Source: Takakia lepidozioides
Lineage: Eukaryota; Plantae; Bryophyta
Length of the DNA: 63,818 nt
Reading direction: 5' to 3'
Assembly: GCA_030704615.1 (NCBI GenBank)
Contig: CM060731.1
Span: forward strand, 88,040,183-88,104,000
Shown: piece after piece, positions 1 to 11,723 of the stretch
Position numbering within the stretch: position 1 is the stretch's first letter
Layout: each line of letters begins with the position of its first letter
Notes under the pieces: generated by a model
Told to the model about the DNA's origin: nothing
What the model saw: only the letters and a program-made list of their open reading frames with translations
The model's database searches: none
Program-made: the position numbers and the translations under genes

Positions 1-226
1 TTTTTGACACATGACTCACATACCGGTTACTCTGCTATCTTCATCCGGACAGAACATTGTAGAAATGAGACATCAACTTGTAAACAGTGGGCCAATTCCG
101 ACAGTTATTCAACAGAAGAAAACACAATCATACGAAGTGAGTGTACGATGGGTTTATTGATCGGACACGATGTCTCACATTTACCAACTACAGACAAAAC
201 TAAGCCCTTCTCCTTCTACATGGGCT

Positions 227-929
227 TCACCAAGTCGACGGAACTTCGATACCCCTCAAAACAAGCTCATCACTGCTGCGGCACCTCGAGGTAAACTGCA
301 ATCGGTCGTTCTGCTGCCCTTGCTGGAGCCGACGACAATGTCATGTCCATCAATGATACCACCATCATACATTGACAAGGTCACTGTGGGCCTCATGTGC
401 CCGTGCGATTCGTCTTCGCAACTCAGCCGAATGTCTCCATACACTGGAAGAGCGGAGTGATCTGCACGTATATAGTTTTCCCCGGTGCCGTCCTCCCTGG
501 TCCACTGGCAGCAGTTCCAGCGCCAAAGCGAGGCCGTGCGTGATCTGTCCGGCATCCCTTTCCAGCTTGGTATATCGAGGTCACATTTTCAGGACCCACG
601 GACCGCATTGACCCTCGCCCCCTCACCTCGCTCAAAGCGTTAATAGCCCTCCAGATACTCCATTGCGTGCAAAAGACTCTTGCTTGATTTCCAGCAGCGT
701 CTGTGAAAACAGAGAGCCAGACAATGATGTCTCCTGATTCTGGTTTGAACATAGCATAATCGTGGCCATGATAAGGGCAGTCGGCTGGATTTCGGCGGCA
801 CGGCATCCTTGAAAAAGAGTAGCGGAGTACGCTCAATGACAGCAGCTCCCGGATGGAGGAGGAGCAGCGCGGTGGCTGGAAAAAGTTCAAGCTAACGCTG
901 CAATTCCTCACAAACACTCCAGGGCACAT
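227..929 (-). pseudogene. Unknown Cys/Trp-rich cargo protein, paralog B (frameshifted)
   Basis: ORFs 423..929 and 256..555 together match 25162..25770 (RRNPADCPYHGHDYAMF, RWNCCQWT, ELVLR..EVPSTW*). Confidence 0.6.
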
Positions 930-1155
930 TTAAATTTCCCCCCTAGAGGATCCTGGACCGATGAAGATTGGCTGCTTCATGAATGTAGCCGTTTCAGTTT
1001 CCTACCCTGCCATGCAAACTATGGGCACTCACTGCCAGGTGGGCCGATAGCCACTGGACACGACGAAGTCCATCCCCTCTTCGATGTAAATGCAGCGCCG
1101 AAATTCCATCCGGGGGGATGGACTTCGGTGGCAGATCTCAAACTATAACTTGTTG

Positions 1156-1922
1156 ATGAGAAAGATGTATGGGTTCATCCACCGCCGGCGTGATGAACAC
1201 GTTCCACCTCCGTCGGTGGGTACGTGGGACCCAGATGCTCCATTATTGGAGGCCGGACTGCTCTTCCGCTTCGCATCATTTCCAAATCTAAGGGCTTCGT
1301 AGCTGTCCGCAAGGTCATTGTCATCTGCATCCAAGTCGTCCTCAGGTCCTCCTTTGCAAGGATGCCGTGCTTCCGGAACCGGGACGACTGCCCATTTGGA
1401 GGCATCGATTATGCAATGTATTCGGCACATCGGGAGACATTGTTATCTGGTACACAGATTACAAAGAAGATACTGGTTCGATTGTGGAAACATTGGTGGC
1501 TTTGAGTATATCCTAGGCCACTACGCCTTCGAGCGGGGTGACGATCTTGGTCTGAGGAGTCTGTGGCTCCTGCGCATCCTCGATTCCGATTTCCCAGCTA
1601 CGACGATCACCCATGCAGAAGAAGGCGCACTGCTATGCTGTTGCGGTGGAACTGCTGCCACTGGACGTGGGTGGACTCCATCGGAGAGACCTATTCTCCT
1701 CAAGGAGTGCGCTCCTCTTCTCCATTGTATGGGGACATTCGCATTGGTGTGGACGACGAAAACGTGAAGATTTCCATATTCGATGGTGGTATGATTGAAG
1801 GGCAGGACATTGTGGTGAACATCACTAGGGGCGGTACAACGGCTGCAATCGACTTTACATGGAGGAGCCCCATGACTCATGAGCTAGTTCTGAGAGCAGT
1901 CGAAGTCCCATTGACAACGTGA
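1156..1922 (+). pseudogene. Unknown Cys/Trp-rich cargo protein, paralog A (frameshifted)
   Basis: ORFs 1090.., 1224.. and 1563..1922 piece together to match 26147..26860. Confidence 0.6.
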
Positions 1923-2334
1923 CTTGTATTCAGAAGGCACAGGGCTTAAGATTTGATTGCACAATCAGCACAGTAGACGTGCTTCAAATGCAATTCATGT
2001 GGATCAATAAAAACCTCATTGTGCCCACTTTTTATTCTATTCTGTGTCCATCGTTCCCAGAATGCGTCATTGCTCATTTCGTTTGGGATTGGGAGTGTGG
2101 GTGGATTTTGCAAGTGGTTGGTAGGCTGAAATGGGCCCCCATTGTACAGAGCAGTACCACCCTACCATTCGCGAAACATTGCCTTTCAATATATAATTCT
2201 AAATAACATTGCCGAACCTCCTTCATCGGGAGGTCCTTCTCCCCCTATGACCGTGGCACCCTAAACCCTATTCCCGCGGACACTCATTTCCGGAAAATAG
2301 TGCTGCTCATGTTTTTTTCCACACTTACGACTCT

Positions 2335-2385
2335 GCTCATGGCTCATGCCGCTCATGGCTCATGGCTCATGAAATAGCAGCCCCC
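2335..2385 (+). repeat. Transposon right terminus with GCTCATG heptamer repeats
   Basis: Same terminal sequence recurs at 27353 and 51318 with unrelated flanks. Confidence 0.8.
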
Positions 2386-2437
2386 GCAGGGTCCACTCGT
2401 TGAAGAGGGAGAGGTCCAGCAAGTTGGTGGGGATGAC

Positions 2438-2990
2438 ATGGACGATGGGGGGGTCATTGCTCATGATGGGGGAAAAGGGGAAGTTGTAGGGGGAGAGGGT
2501 GGTAGTTTGCCTGGTCCAGGCTGCAGGGGGACCGAAACTTTGCCCTCTGGGGTGACTGTTGTCTCCCAACCCACTGAGGTGAGACCCCGTGACACCCCTT
2601 CAAAAGTTCCTTTCATAGAAAAGTCGAAACTAATTGTTCTAGACCTGAACGGGATCATGTGCCACTCTATTCCTAACTTTCAGCCCAACCCGAGGCGTCA
2701 TTGGCCATGGGTGTTGACCACCAACAAGTATGTTTTCCCAAGGCCCCAGGTCTGCGAGTTTTTAAACCTTCTCTTCCGGTATTTCTACGTTGGGATATGG
2801 TTCTGTGCTTCCAAGGGGAATGTTGCAGACATCTTCAAAGTGGTCATGCAGGGGGTCAAGGGTTCTCCCCTCTTTGTGTGGTCACAGAGGAGTGTGACCC
2901 CTTGACAGAGCCACACCCCACAAAAGGGCCTGCCGTACAAAACTTACAGAAGAGACTGTCGAGGGTGTGGTCGGAATTTTCTGGATTTAA
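2438..2990 (+). pseudogene. FCP1/NIF-like HAD phosphatase domain fragment
   Basis: KLIVLDLNGIM, VFPRPQVCEFLNLLFRYFYVGIW and PLFVWSQ resemble plant DLNG-type FCP1-homology proteins; stop at 2905, then KRLSRVWSEF in another frame. Confidence 0.65.
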
Positions 2991-3989
2991 AGAATCCAGT
3001 GGATGATTCACCACACAAGGGGAGGGGGAACTCCCCTTTGAACATGGTCCATCCATTGTTGTTTGATGTCACTGGCAATGTCAGTGAGGGGCCCGATTCA
3101 GACTGCCAAGATTTGTTTTGCTCCAAGGATGTGCGTGTCTTCACAAGCACGCGGAAGCTGACCCCGACTGGCAGCTTGAATGTGGGAGAGGATGGGGTCG
3201 TTGGGGGAAGTACTTTTGCGCCCATGCAGGTGAAACTAACCTTACTGTTTGCAACATGACATCGAAGCCAAAGTCCATGTTTGTTCTGTTCCCCCCGGAT
3301 GCCCTCTCACGCAAGGCTGGCACTATATGTTTTGCAGGGACCACATGTACAGGGAGTGGCAGTGGGGTCGAATGTGAAGAAGGTGGGTCCTGCGCCTACG
3401 ACCATAGTGCTACGGCGGCAGCATTTCGGATTCCCCCCCTGGCATGAGGAGGCAGCGCCCAAGGTATGGTTGTTCCCAGCCCCTCTCCGCAAACCTACTT
3501 GGTTGGTTTCCTTTATGGATACACTTCCTGAAGCGTTGCAATGTGTATTCATTGCACGTGAGCAAGAGGAGTGGGCTGTCCCCGGCACCATCATCGCAGC
3601 AGGACGTGGTTCCCCAGGCATGCATTCATGGCTCCTTGCTTTGCCTGGCTGGTTTTTAGTAGGGTTATTTTTGCCAGGAAGTTGTAGTGCTAGGGTCTGA
3701 GCAGGGTGTTTGTTAGCTTGCTCCGTGGAGGTGTGTTTATACCATTGCAACCACCAGAGTTCATGTTATTCTTATCCGTCTGACTAAACCTCTTTTTGCT
3801 GCTGCAGTTGAAGACACGTGGGCAGCTTTCCTCAGTTGCCACCCTCAGCGACGAGCTTCGCTTCAAGGTACGTTGGTACACCGTGAATTGGCTGCTGATT
3901 CAATATTGTGGCAACCAAGATCGTTTCCATGCCCAGCTGCGCTTGACTTTCACCCTGTCATTGCTATGTTTGTTGCTGAGTGGACCCTG

Positions 3990-4274
3990 ATGTTGGTGTC
4001 TGCAGATATCAGATCCCGTGTTTCTCCTGAACCCCATGACAAGCGGTCAAAGACAGCCGCCGCCAAGGCGGAAGTGGTGGGAATAGCCGGGGTTGACAAG
4101 TTCCACTGCAAGGACATTCAATCCGGGTGGTACAAGGTGAAAGTCCACGAGATCATGCTTCCAAGTGTTACATTGCCTTGCCCAAATGTGGACGATGCCC
4201 CCCCCCCAGACCACACTAGCGCACGTGAAAGGCACGGTGACTCTGTGACCAGAGAAGAGTATGAGGAAAGGTGA
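3990..4274 (+). pseudogene. Tnp1/En-Spm (CACTA)-associated domain fragment
   Basis: AKAEVVGIAGVDKFHCKDIQSGWYKVKVHEIMLPSVTLPCP resembles the beta-barrel domain of CACTA accessory proteins; recognised by motif only. Confidence 0.4.
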
Positions 4275-5569
4275 AAGTATCAAGTGACATTTCATGTTTG
4301 TAGTCCCTGTTGGGTGTGTAATGATACTCATAGAAGTGTGTATGATACTCACGTTACCAGTTTTGAACATTTGGGCCATGACAGTTTAAGTGATGTCCGG
4401 CAACCATGTATGTTGGCATTTAGTCTTGCTCATATGCAGGTGTGCCGTGACGGTCTCTAATTTGAATGTAATATCACATTTCCATCCTTGTCGTCGTGTC
4501 CGTCCACCTTCTATGTGTATGTGTGATGGTCTTTGGTCTCCCTGTGGCCTCGTCTATTTGGTTCATTAGCGTGATGTTGTGCATGCATCGTGGTCTGTGC
4601 TCTCAGTCTCGCCCAGTATCATTGCTTCTCAATTCCCCCTGCATATGGGTGAACCACTAAAACCAGTAGAATGCATCAGAACCATATTTTCAGCTTAGAA
4701 TGCAGGTCAGTTGGAAACTCACACAAACCACTACAAGTGCTCATTTTTCGTGCTTTCCTACTGTAGTGCAACCAACTAGCGACGTCACAAGCAGCAGTCC
4801 AAGTGATGTGGCCGACTGCGATGTGGCGTCTTGGGGCCGTGGCCACGCGGCAGCATTGCCGCTCGTCGCGGCGCCGCCACATCGGCATCCACGTCCGCAT
4901 CCACGTCCGCGTCCATGTGTCACCGCGCCCCAGGTGAGTCAATCCACTCCTCCGGAGGGAAAAGTCAAAGTCAGCCCAAAAGGTCAGACACACGGGCGGC
5001 CCGCCTGGTTACGCCACGTGGTTCTTCAGCATTAATCGCATTAATTGCTGAGCAGTTGTTCGCGCGTCTGCGTCCTTTACCACTCCAATCATTGGATGTC
5101 CAACCCAACTACCACGTCTGTTGTAACTAGTCTGTTGTAACTTCCAGTCGATCCCAGTTTTTTGACTTTTACGACTCAAAATGAGTCGTTACCCCAGTGG
5201 TAAATGACACGAATGCTTCTAGTGAGTTTACCTCGAGGTGCCGCATCACTAATGAGCTTGTTTTGAGGGCTATCGAAGTTCTGTCGACTTGGTGACGCCC
5301 ATGTAGAAGGAGGAAGGGCTTAGATTTGTCTGGAGTTCCTAAATGTGACACACCGTGTTCGATCAATAAAACAACCCATCGTACCTCACTTCTGTGTGCT
5401 TGTGTTTCATCGTTTTCAAGAACTGCCGTAATTGGTCCACTATTTACAATTTGAGGTCTCATTTCTACAATGTGTCTGTCCATATGAATGTACCAGAGTC
5501 AGCGATATCAGAGTCCTGAGGTGAAGAAAATCCATCTATGAGTAAATGGAAACATGTACACGCCGAAGC

Positions 5570-6620
5570 TTGGAAATTCGGCACAACATTTCATTTTGCT
5601 CCATGCAGCGATTTCTGGCAGCTCCCTTTCCTCCGTTGTCGTCGTAACGGAAATGTTGTACAGCATTTCATTTCCTGACATGGCAATACCATACTTCGAA
5701 TTTGAAATGCGGCGCCGCATTTCCATATTGGACCTTGAATTGTCCGAGCATGTCCAGTCGCTAATGCTTGTCCATGTCCATACTTGAAATGCACCACCGT
5801 ATTTCCATGTCCGTCATCGAAATTTCGTACCGGACAATGAAATGCGGCACAACATTTCCGGAGAGCACAATGGAATGCGGTGCCACATTTCCGTCGAAGG
5901 GTTTGGAATTGGACAAACAACGATGTCCGTTCTGGAAATGTGGCACCGCATTTCCATGTCCGTCATCAAAATATCATATTGGACAATGGAATGCGGTGCC
6001 GCATTTCCGTCCATGAAGACGGAATGCCCACACGGGTCTGGAATTGGACAAACAACGATGTTTGTTTTGGAAATGCGGCGCCGCATTTTCATGTTGGGCA
6101 ATCGAAAGTTTTTATAGGACAATGTAAGTTTTTATAGGACGACGGAATGCGGTGCCGCATTTCCGTCAAAGGGTCTGGAATTGGACAAACAACGATGTCC
6201 GTTTTGGAAATGCGGCGCCGCATTTCCATGTACGTCATCGAAATTTCTTATTGGACAATGGAATGCGGTGCCGCATTCCCGTCTAGCATCATGGAATGGG
6301 GAGCCGCATTTCCGTCGATGGGTCTGCAGTTGGAAAAATGTCCATCTCCAAAAGGTAAATGCGGCACCGCATTTCCATGTTCGACCTCCGCATTTCCATT
6401 TACCTCCATGGAAGGAGCTGGCAATCGGCAAAACTGCCGTGTCGGAAATGGAAATGCGGCACCGCATTTCCGTTTGTCCGAACAGTTTCTGATGTCCAAA
6501 CCATGAAACGGAAAATTGTTCTTGCCCCGGTTTGGAAATGCGGTGCCGCATTTCCAAAACAGGTTTTTGCAGTTGCCACATTTCCGTTCAGTCATTGAAA
6601 TGCGGTGCTGCATTTCAGAT
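5570..6620. repeat. Array of GGAAATGCGGYRCCGCATTTCC palindromes
   Basis: Repeated 22-bp palindrome with short spacers; inverted copy of 23845-24895. Confidence 0.9.
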
Positions 6621-6753
6621 TTTGGGAGGGACCAGGTTTGGAAAATGTTGTCATTGAGAAGCAAATGAGAGAGGGGACATGAAGGACGGGGAGAATTTCC
6701 TTTATATACTTTGGAATAGAATTTAAATGTACAGAGAGTTCATTAAAATTCTA

Positions 6754-9700
6754 TTAATCTTGAAAATCATCATTATCTTCGTCCTGTCCTTGACTGTCTT
6801 GCTCCGCCTCCACACCGTCATTGCCTTTCTCATCTCCAGCGGACTGGTTGTTGGCCAGGCTTTCGAAAATCCCATCTTCACCTTGCGGAACCGACCATCT
6901 CACCTCCGTTGGCTCGTCGTCCTCCCTGTCTGCATCGCTCTCATCCGCTGAATCATATATGAACTTTCGCACCCGTCTACCTGTCTCAGCTGTTGCCAAC
7001 TCTTTCCTTATCATTCTGTCCTCCCTAGCCCTCTCCAAAATCTGCTCTACTTTACTGGGATTCTCACATCACCTAATCGCTGTATTTGCGAGTTTAGCTG
7101 CATAACTAGGAAGGGAGTAGTCCTTCACCGGGCTCGTCATGAAGTCGGCCCTCGCAAAGAACGGCACATTCTTCCTGGCAGGAAGTGTAGGCCCTACATG
7201 TTTCGACCCGGATCCTGGAATCCTGCACATAACAATCACCAGCGAGACCAATGAGAACCAGAGTCCGGAAATGCGTTTGACAAAAAATCACCCAGAAGGC
7301 TTTGCAAACTTACAATGTTTGCACTCACTCGTATTCCGGGTTCTCCTCGGCATCAATGTCCACTGTCTCTTCCTCCGACTCCGACGAATCCGAGGAGTCC
7401 TTGGTTTTGATGGGAGCCTTCACATTCCATTGCAGCCCTTCCAGATGGGATCCCCAGACGGATGTGCCCTCCTCGTAGGCAAAGAGGTGCCGGTCGGAAA
7501 ACCGCCGAGCCCACATTGAGGCACCTGTTACAATGCCATCCACAAATTATGACATGGCCCTTCAGATGTTGCGAATGAAAGCATAACGAGAATTTGCAGA
7601 ATAGCATACAACAAGATTCTGCATACCTGTCCCACAGATGAGGTCGAGCACTGTGCCCTCAATGTCAGTGCATGTCTCCATAATTGTCTGAATGAAGGCA
7701 GGGCTCTGAGTCCGTGAAAACCGCAGGGGTTCAGTTGAAGTGAGGCTATGAGGGAGAAGTTCCATGGGAACATTGTTGAACAAGACGTCGTAATCGATGG
7801 GGTCGTAGTTCGGGTCAACCAACAATCCCTCCTTCCGGAAAGCAAAGGTGGAGTTCTCCTTCACAAAGCAGTATGCATCGAACTGCTTTGTCTGCATACA
7901 CAATGGGGAACGATTAGAAATCAAATGCGGCACCGCATTTCAAAACTCCTAAGAAAATGAAAGGACGAGTGCCAATGTCGTAATTACCTTCTTCCCTTCC
8001 AACCGAAGGCCCAATGTGTTGATGCACGTCCATTTCTTCTTCAGAATTGGGACGGTGCTCTTGTGGGTCCACTTCGCAATTCTTGTCTGCGTGTTTTTGC
8101 CTCTGCTCGCCAGGACTACCACACAGCCTCTGTCGTCCAACACCATGCGGGCGAGCCCGAATCCTTTCTTCCAAAAGTCCTTGGAGTACCTGTTCCAAGA
8201 TGGCAAAGCTTGCAGTCCTTCCATAGGCTCTCCGTCCGGAATATCCAAGATGATCATATCGCAAGACCACTCGGTGGCATTTCCGCCCCTCCTGCAATCC
8301 TTGTCTGCACACACCCTCTCAAAGAACGAGACCATCTTCAGAAACCCTGAGGTGTCGGAAGGCTCTTCAGCAGCCGCCTTCTTCAGTGCTCTGCCCTTCA
8401 GACCCTCCATGGTCTTCGTGTATGCCAACTTGGCTGCCCGTCCATCCAAAGCCGCCAAGAAACTCTCATTCACACATTGGACTACTGTATCAGGATCCAC
8501 TTTCGGCCTCTTCATTTCCACCGGCTCGAAAGGGTGCCCCCCCCGGGGGGTTGAAGAGTGCCTTCTTTACCGAGCTTGTTCTCGTCCCTCTCGTGACAAC
8601 GGTGGGCACAAGGGATTTTGGCTCGTCTCGGGGGGTGGGCTGGTTGCAAAGTCTCCATCGGAGTCCTCTTCCTCACCCTCTACCTGCACTATCTGTTTCT
8701 GCTTCTTCGTTTTCTTGGGTGTCACAACTGCTGCTCCTTGCTGGCGAGTCCGCTTCTTCGACCCCTTCTGTTGAGCCTGCACAACTGCATCCACCGTCTT
8801 CTGTGCCATCTCAGCTGCCTTTCTGGATTGTTCCAGAGCAGCAGCTTCCTTTGTTGACTCTGGCCGAGCAGGGACACGTCTTTCCTTTCTCTTCTCTTCT
8901 GCTTTCGCGTGCAGATCTTTCTCAGACTCGTCAACAATTCCGCCAGACATGTCCAGGTACCACGGGCATCCAACGAGATGCGCGGCATGCCATTGTTTCT
9001 GCATCTCGGGTGTGTAGACACAGCTTGGGCCCGCCACGGTCCAAGCCATGAAGAATGGGGGCTCTTGAGCCAGGGCCCCTGTCTGAAGAAGCACATATTT
9101 CATATACCTGCAGGGCAGTCAGCATGCGTGAGCAAAAGTTGAGACCAACGTACTCACAGAGTGCAACCGAAAACTTAAAATGCAAATGCGGTGCCGCATT
9201 TCCCAGACAAACCTCATAACCAGGCTTTGCATACAAGGACAGCTGGGCTTCACCTGTAAACAATTCGCATTGCAGCTTTTCCAGCTCCATCCTGATGTGT
9301 AAACTCCACGCTTCTTCTTGCTGTCTGTAGCTCCCTGGCGAAGAGGTTGTCCTTGTACGCACATCTGAAACGTGTCACAAAGTCTTCCAATGTCTGTGTT
9401 CCATCCCATTTGACGTACAAACTGAACAAATTTGTATGCATTACGACTTGCTCCTTCGCATTTGTCATTACCTGCGATTCCCACATGCATTGTCACGTAG
9501 CAGTTCAGGGAATTCATTTCAGAAAAGCAAATCTGGGGAAGTACCTTGAATTACCTGGAACCACCAAGTCATGCGGTTGAGCCACACATCCACTGCAGGG
9601 TCGGAAACTTTGAGTGGAAAAGACCACATTGTCCTTATACTCTCCGATGCATTCCAGATCGACAGCCACCGTGTCTGCCATTTCCGATCCAATGTCAGGA

Positions 9701-10864
9701 GCAGGAAGAAGAGTGGCTATTGCTAGGAAGGAACTTCAGTGCATTGAAACATCACCTTCTCTTTCGCGTCAACACATGCCGTTGAGAGGTGATGCAGTTT
9801 CTCCAACTGCATGGTCGGCTGCATGGCCCAAGAATAGTGTTTTGTAATCTCGGGGATGAAGTCCTTTCCAGGTGCCGGATCTGCAATGGCCACCAGCTTC
9901 ACAAGCTTTGACTTGTATTTTGTTCTGGACTTGACCCCGGCTTCCTTCAAGTGCTCAGTCAATGACTGCAACGTTTTGACCTGCCCCTCACTTTCCATGA
10001 AGAAGCATTTGGCATGGGCCAAATCCAGCTTGATGTTTGACTGCCAACAAAAACATGCAGAAGCGTTACATTCGATTCATGTGGAAAGATTACTGGAAAT
10101 TGGGGAAGGATGAGCAAAGGGAAATGGGAGGACGACTTACTTCGTATATCACCTCCACCATTCCATCCATAGTGAGACGATACCATGTCCGGTCAGTTTT
10201 TGCCACGGCTTTCTGAATGAGCTCGGGCTCCAGCATTTCCGCAAACATGTGCGGATCAGTGAGACCAATTTTCCTCACCCTGTACAACATATGTGCCATG
10301 TGGGTATGCACGTACGCATTTTCAGTGACCCTGCAAGGCACACTCTCCAGTTCAGTCCACGAAAGCACGGAAACAAAACAGATTGGAAACCGAAATGCGG
10401 CACCGCATTTCGAACGTGCTTGGGAGGGTATGAGTATCTTATGAGTTGAGGTCCGCCATGGCATTCTTGAGCAGGGAGGAGTCTGCCGCCTTCACCTTGA
10501 GGATGACACACTCCACCATGTAATGCCAGCCAATGTGCTTGGCATGGTTCTGCTTAATGTACTCCCACCAGGCGAGAAGTCGGTGATTCCCGTCCCACAC
10601 AAAGAACATTTTACCTGACATATGGCCGAAGTCTGGATCACCCTTCAGTGTTGCCTCGAATTTGTCGTTGCGAGTGTGCCAGTGGGTATCCCATGTTGAC
10701 AATTCATCCGCAGCCCCCAACATTGTATCCGCTGCACTTTGGAATTCCTCCGGAGATATTTCTGCTGGTGGCGGTAGGGGCTGAGCAGCTGGAGCATCCC
10801 CAACTGGAGCTGCACTGTGGGGAATCTTTGCGGGCAATTCTGCAATTGCAGAGGCCTCCTCCGG
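6754..10864 (-). pseudogene. ParB-like / beta-class DNA methyltransferase-like gene, copy A (5'-truncated)
   Basis: Intact VWDGNHRLLAWW (DGNHR at 10580-10594), MIILDIPDG and DLICGTG exons; ~220-bp deletion near 10715 relative to copy B. Confidence 0.75.
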
Positions 10865-10884
10865 CCACTGGACAGAGATGAGAC

Positions 10885-11523
10885 ATGGTCAGGGGCAGAA
10901 TTGGTCGAATTCTGGCGCCAAGCTCCCCTAGAATACAAGGAGCTGGTAGCTGGGTAGTGGGGCAATTGAAGATCAACCCCACCCCAGTAGTGGATGTGGT
11001 AATGGGCTGCCCAAGCTTTTATATTGGCAGCTATTTGTACATGATGTTCGTCACAATGCATGCAAGCTGGCAGAGATATGAAAGCATTGACAAAGATACG
11101 CACTGGGAATTACCCAAATTCCAGCCACCAAAAAGAGTCTCGGGCACCTCGGCATATGCAAACAGACCACTGTATGCTGAAGCATGGCGCCAGGCAAAGG
11201 GCTACAGTTTCTCACCGTTGGTACTGGATAGAGATCACCCCTTCAGGGAGACAGGGACGCAGGCACTTAACTGGTTAATGGGCAGCAGGGCAACCAAAGA
11301 CATTGTGCCTTGGACCAAGGAGGAGCTGCTCACTTACCGCGAAACTCTTTCCACTAAGATAGACATGGTGCACAATGAAGGGAAATCAGAACATCCGGAT
11401 GACGAGAGCTGGCCCATACAAGAGTTAAAAGAGGCACCAGACAGTGATGACAACAGGAACAAGAAGCTGCCACCACGACCATCACCATCATGGGAAACAC
11501 TTCTCAACCAATTTCCAGCCTAG
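10885..11523 (+). other. Unrelated 212-aa ORF fragment between the inverted arms
   Basis: Open frame with no match elsewhere in the window; possibly part of a retrotransposon accessory ORF. Confidence 0.3.
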
Positions 11524-11723
11524 TGATGTTGGGGGCGTCTCTGCTGCAGCGAAGGCAATGGGATCAACCGATTTTGTCAATGTGGTACCGGAGGAGGGTG
11601 CTGCCTCTCAACGTTCGCAGCAAGACCTGACCACCGTTGAGGAAGATCGTACCTACTCAGTCACCCCTCTCGCGCCCTTTCTATCTGCACTCTTCGCCCC
11701 TTTTCCCTGTCTCTATTCTTCTT

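Larger units (their letters stand above)
1..2385 (+). mobile_element. Right arm of MULE-like transposon family 1 (older, diverged copy)
   Basis: Colinear with ~24975-27353: same paralog pair, subterminal CCCTAAACCCTA and GCTCATG repeats, ending in CATGAAATAGCAGCCCCC at 2385. Confidence 0.8.
5226..10864 (-). mobile_element. Inverted internal segment of MULE family 1 (ParB-MTase gene, palindrome array, tail of paralog B)
   Basis: Reverse complement of ~12620-16985 continuing as reverse complement of ~23740-25232. Confidence 0.85.

Noticed and set aside
4729-4737. CACTA terminus (CACTACAAG; also CACTACAGAAA near 56798)
   Set aside because: No matching inverted end or 3-bp TSD identified
5554-6664. 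Many short ORFs with KCGAAFP/MRRRIS/GNAAPHF motifs (also 18165-20098, 23718-25041, 40005-41357)
   Set aside because: Translations of the palindrome itself, not proteins
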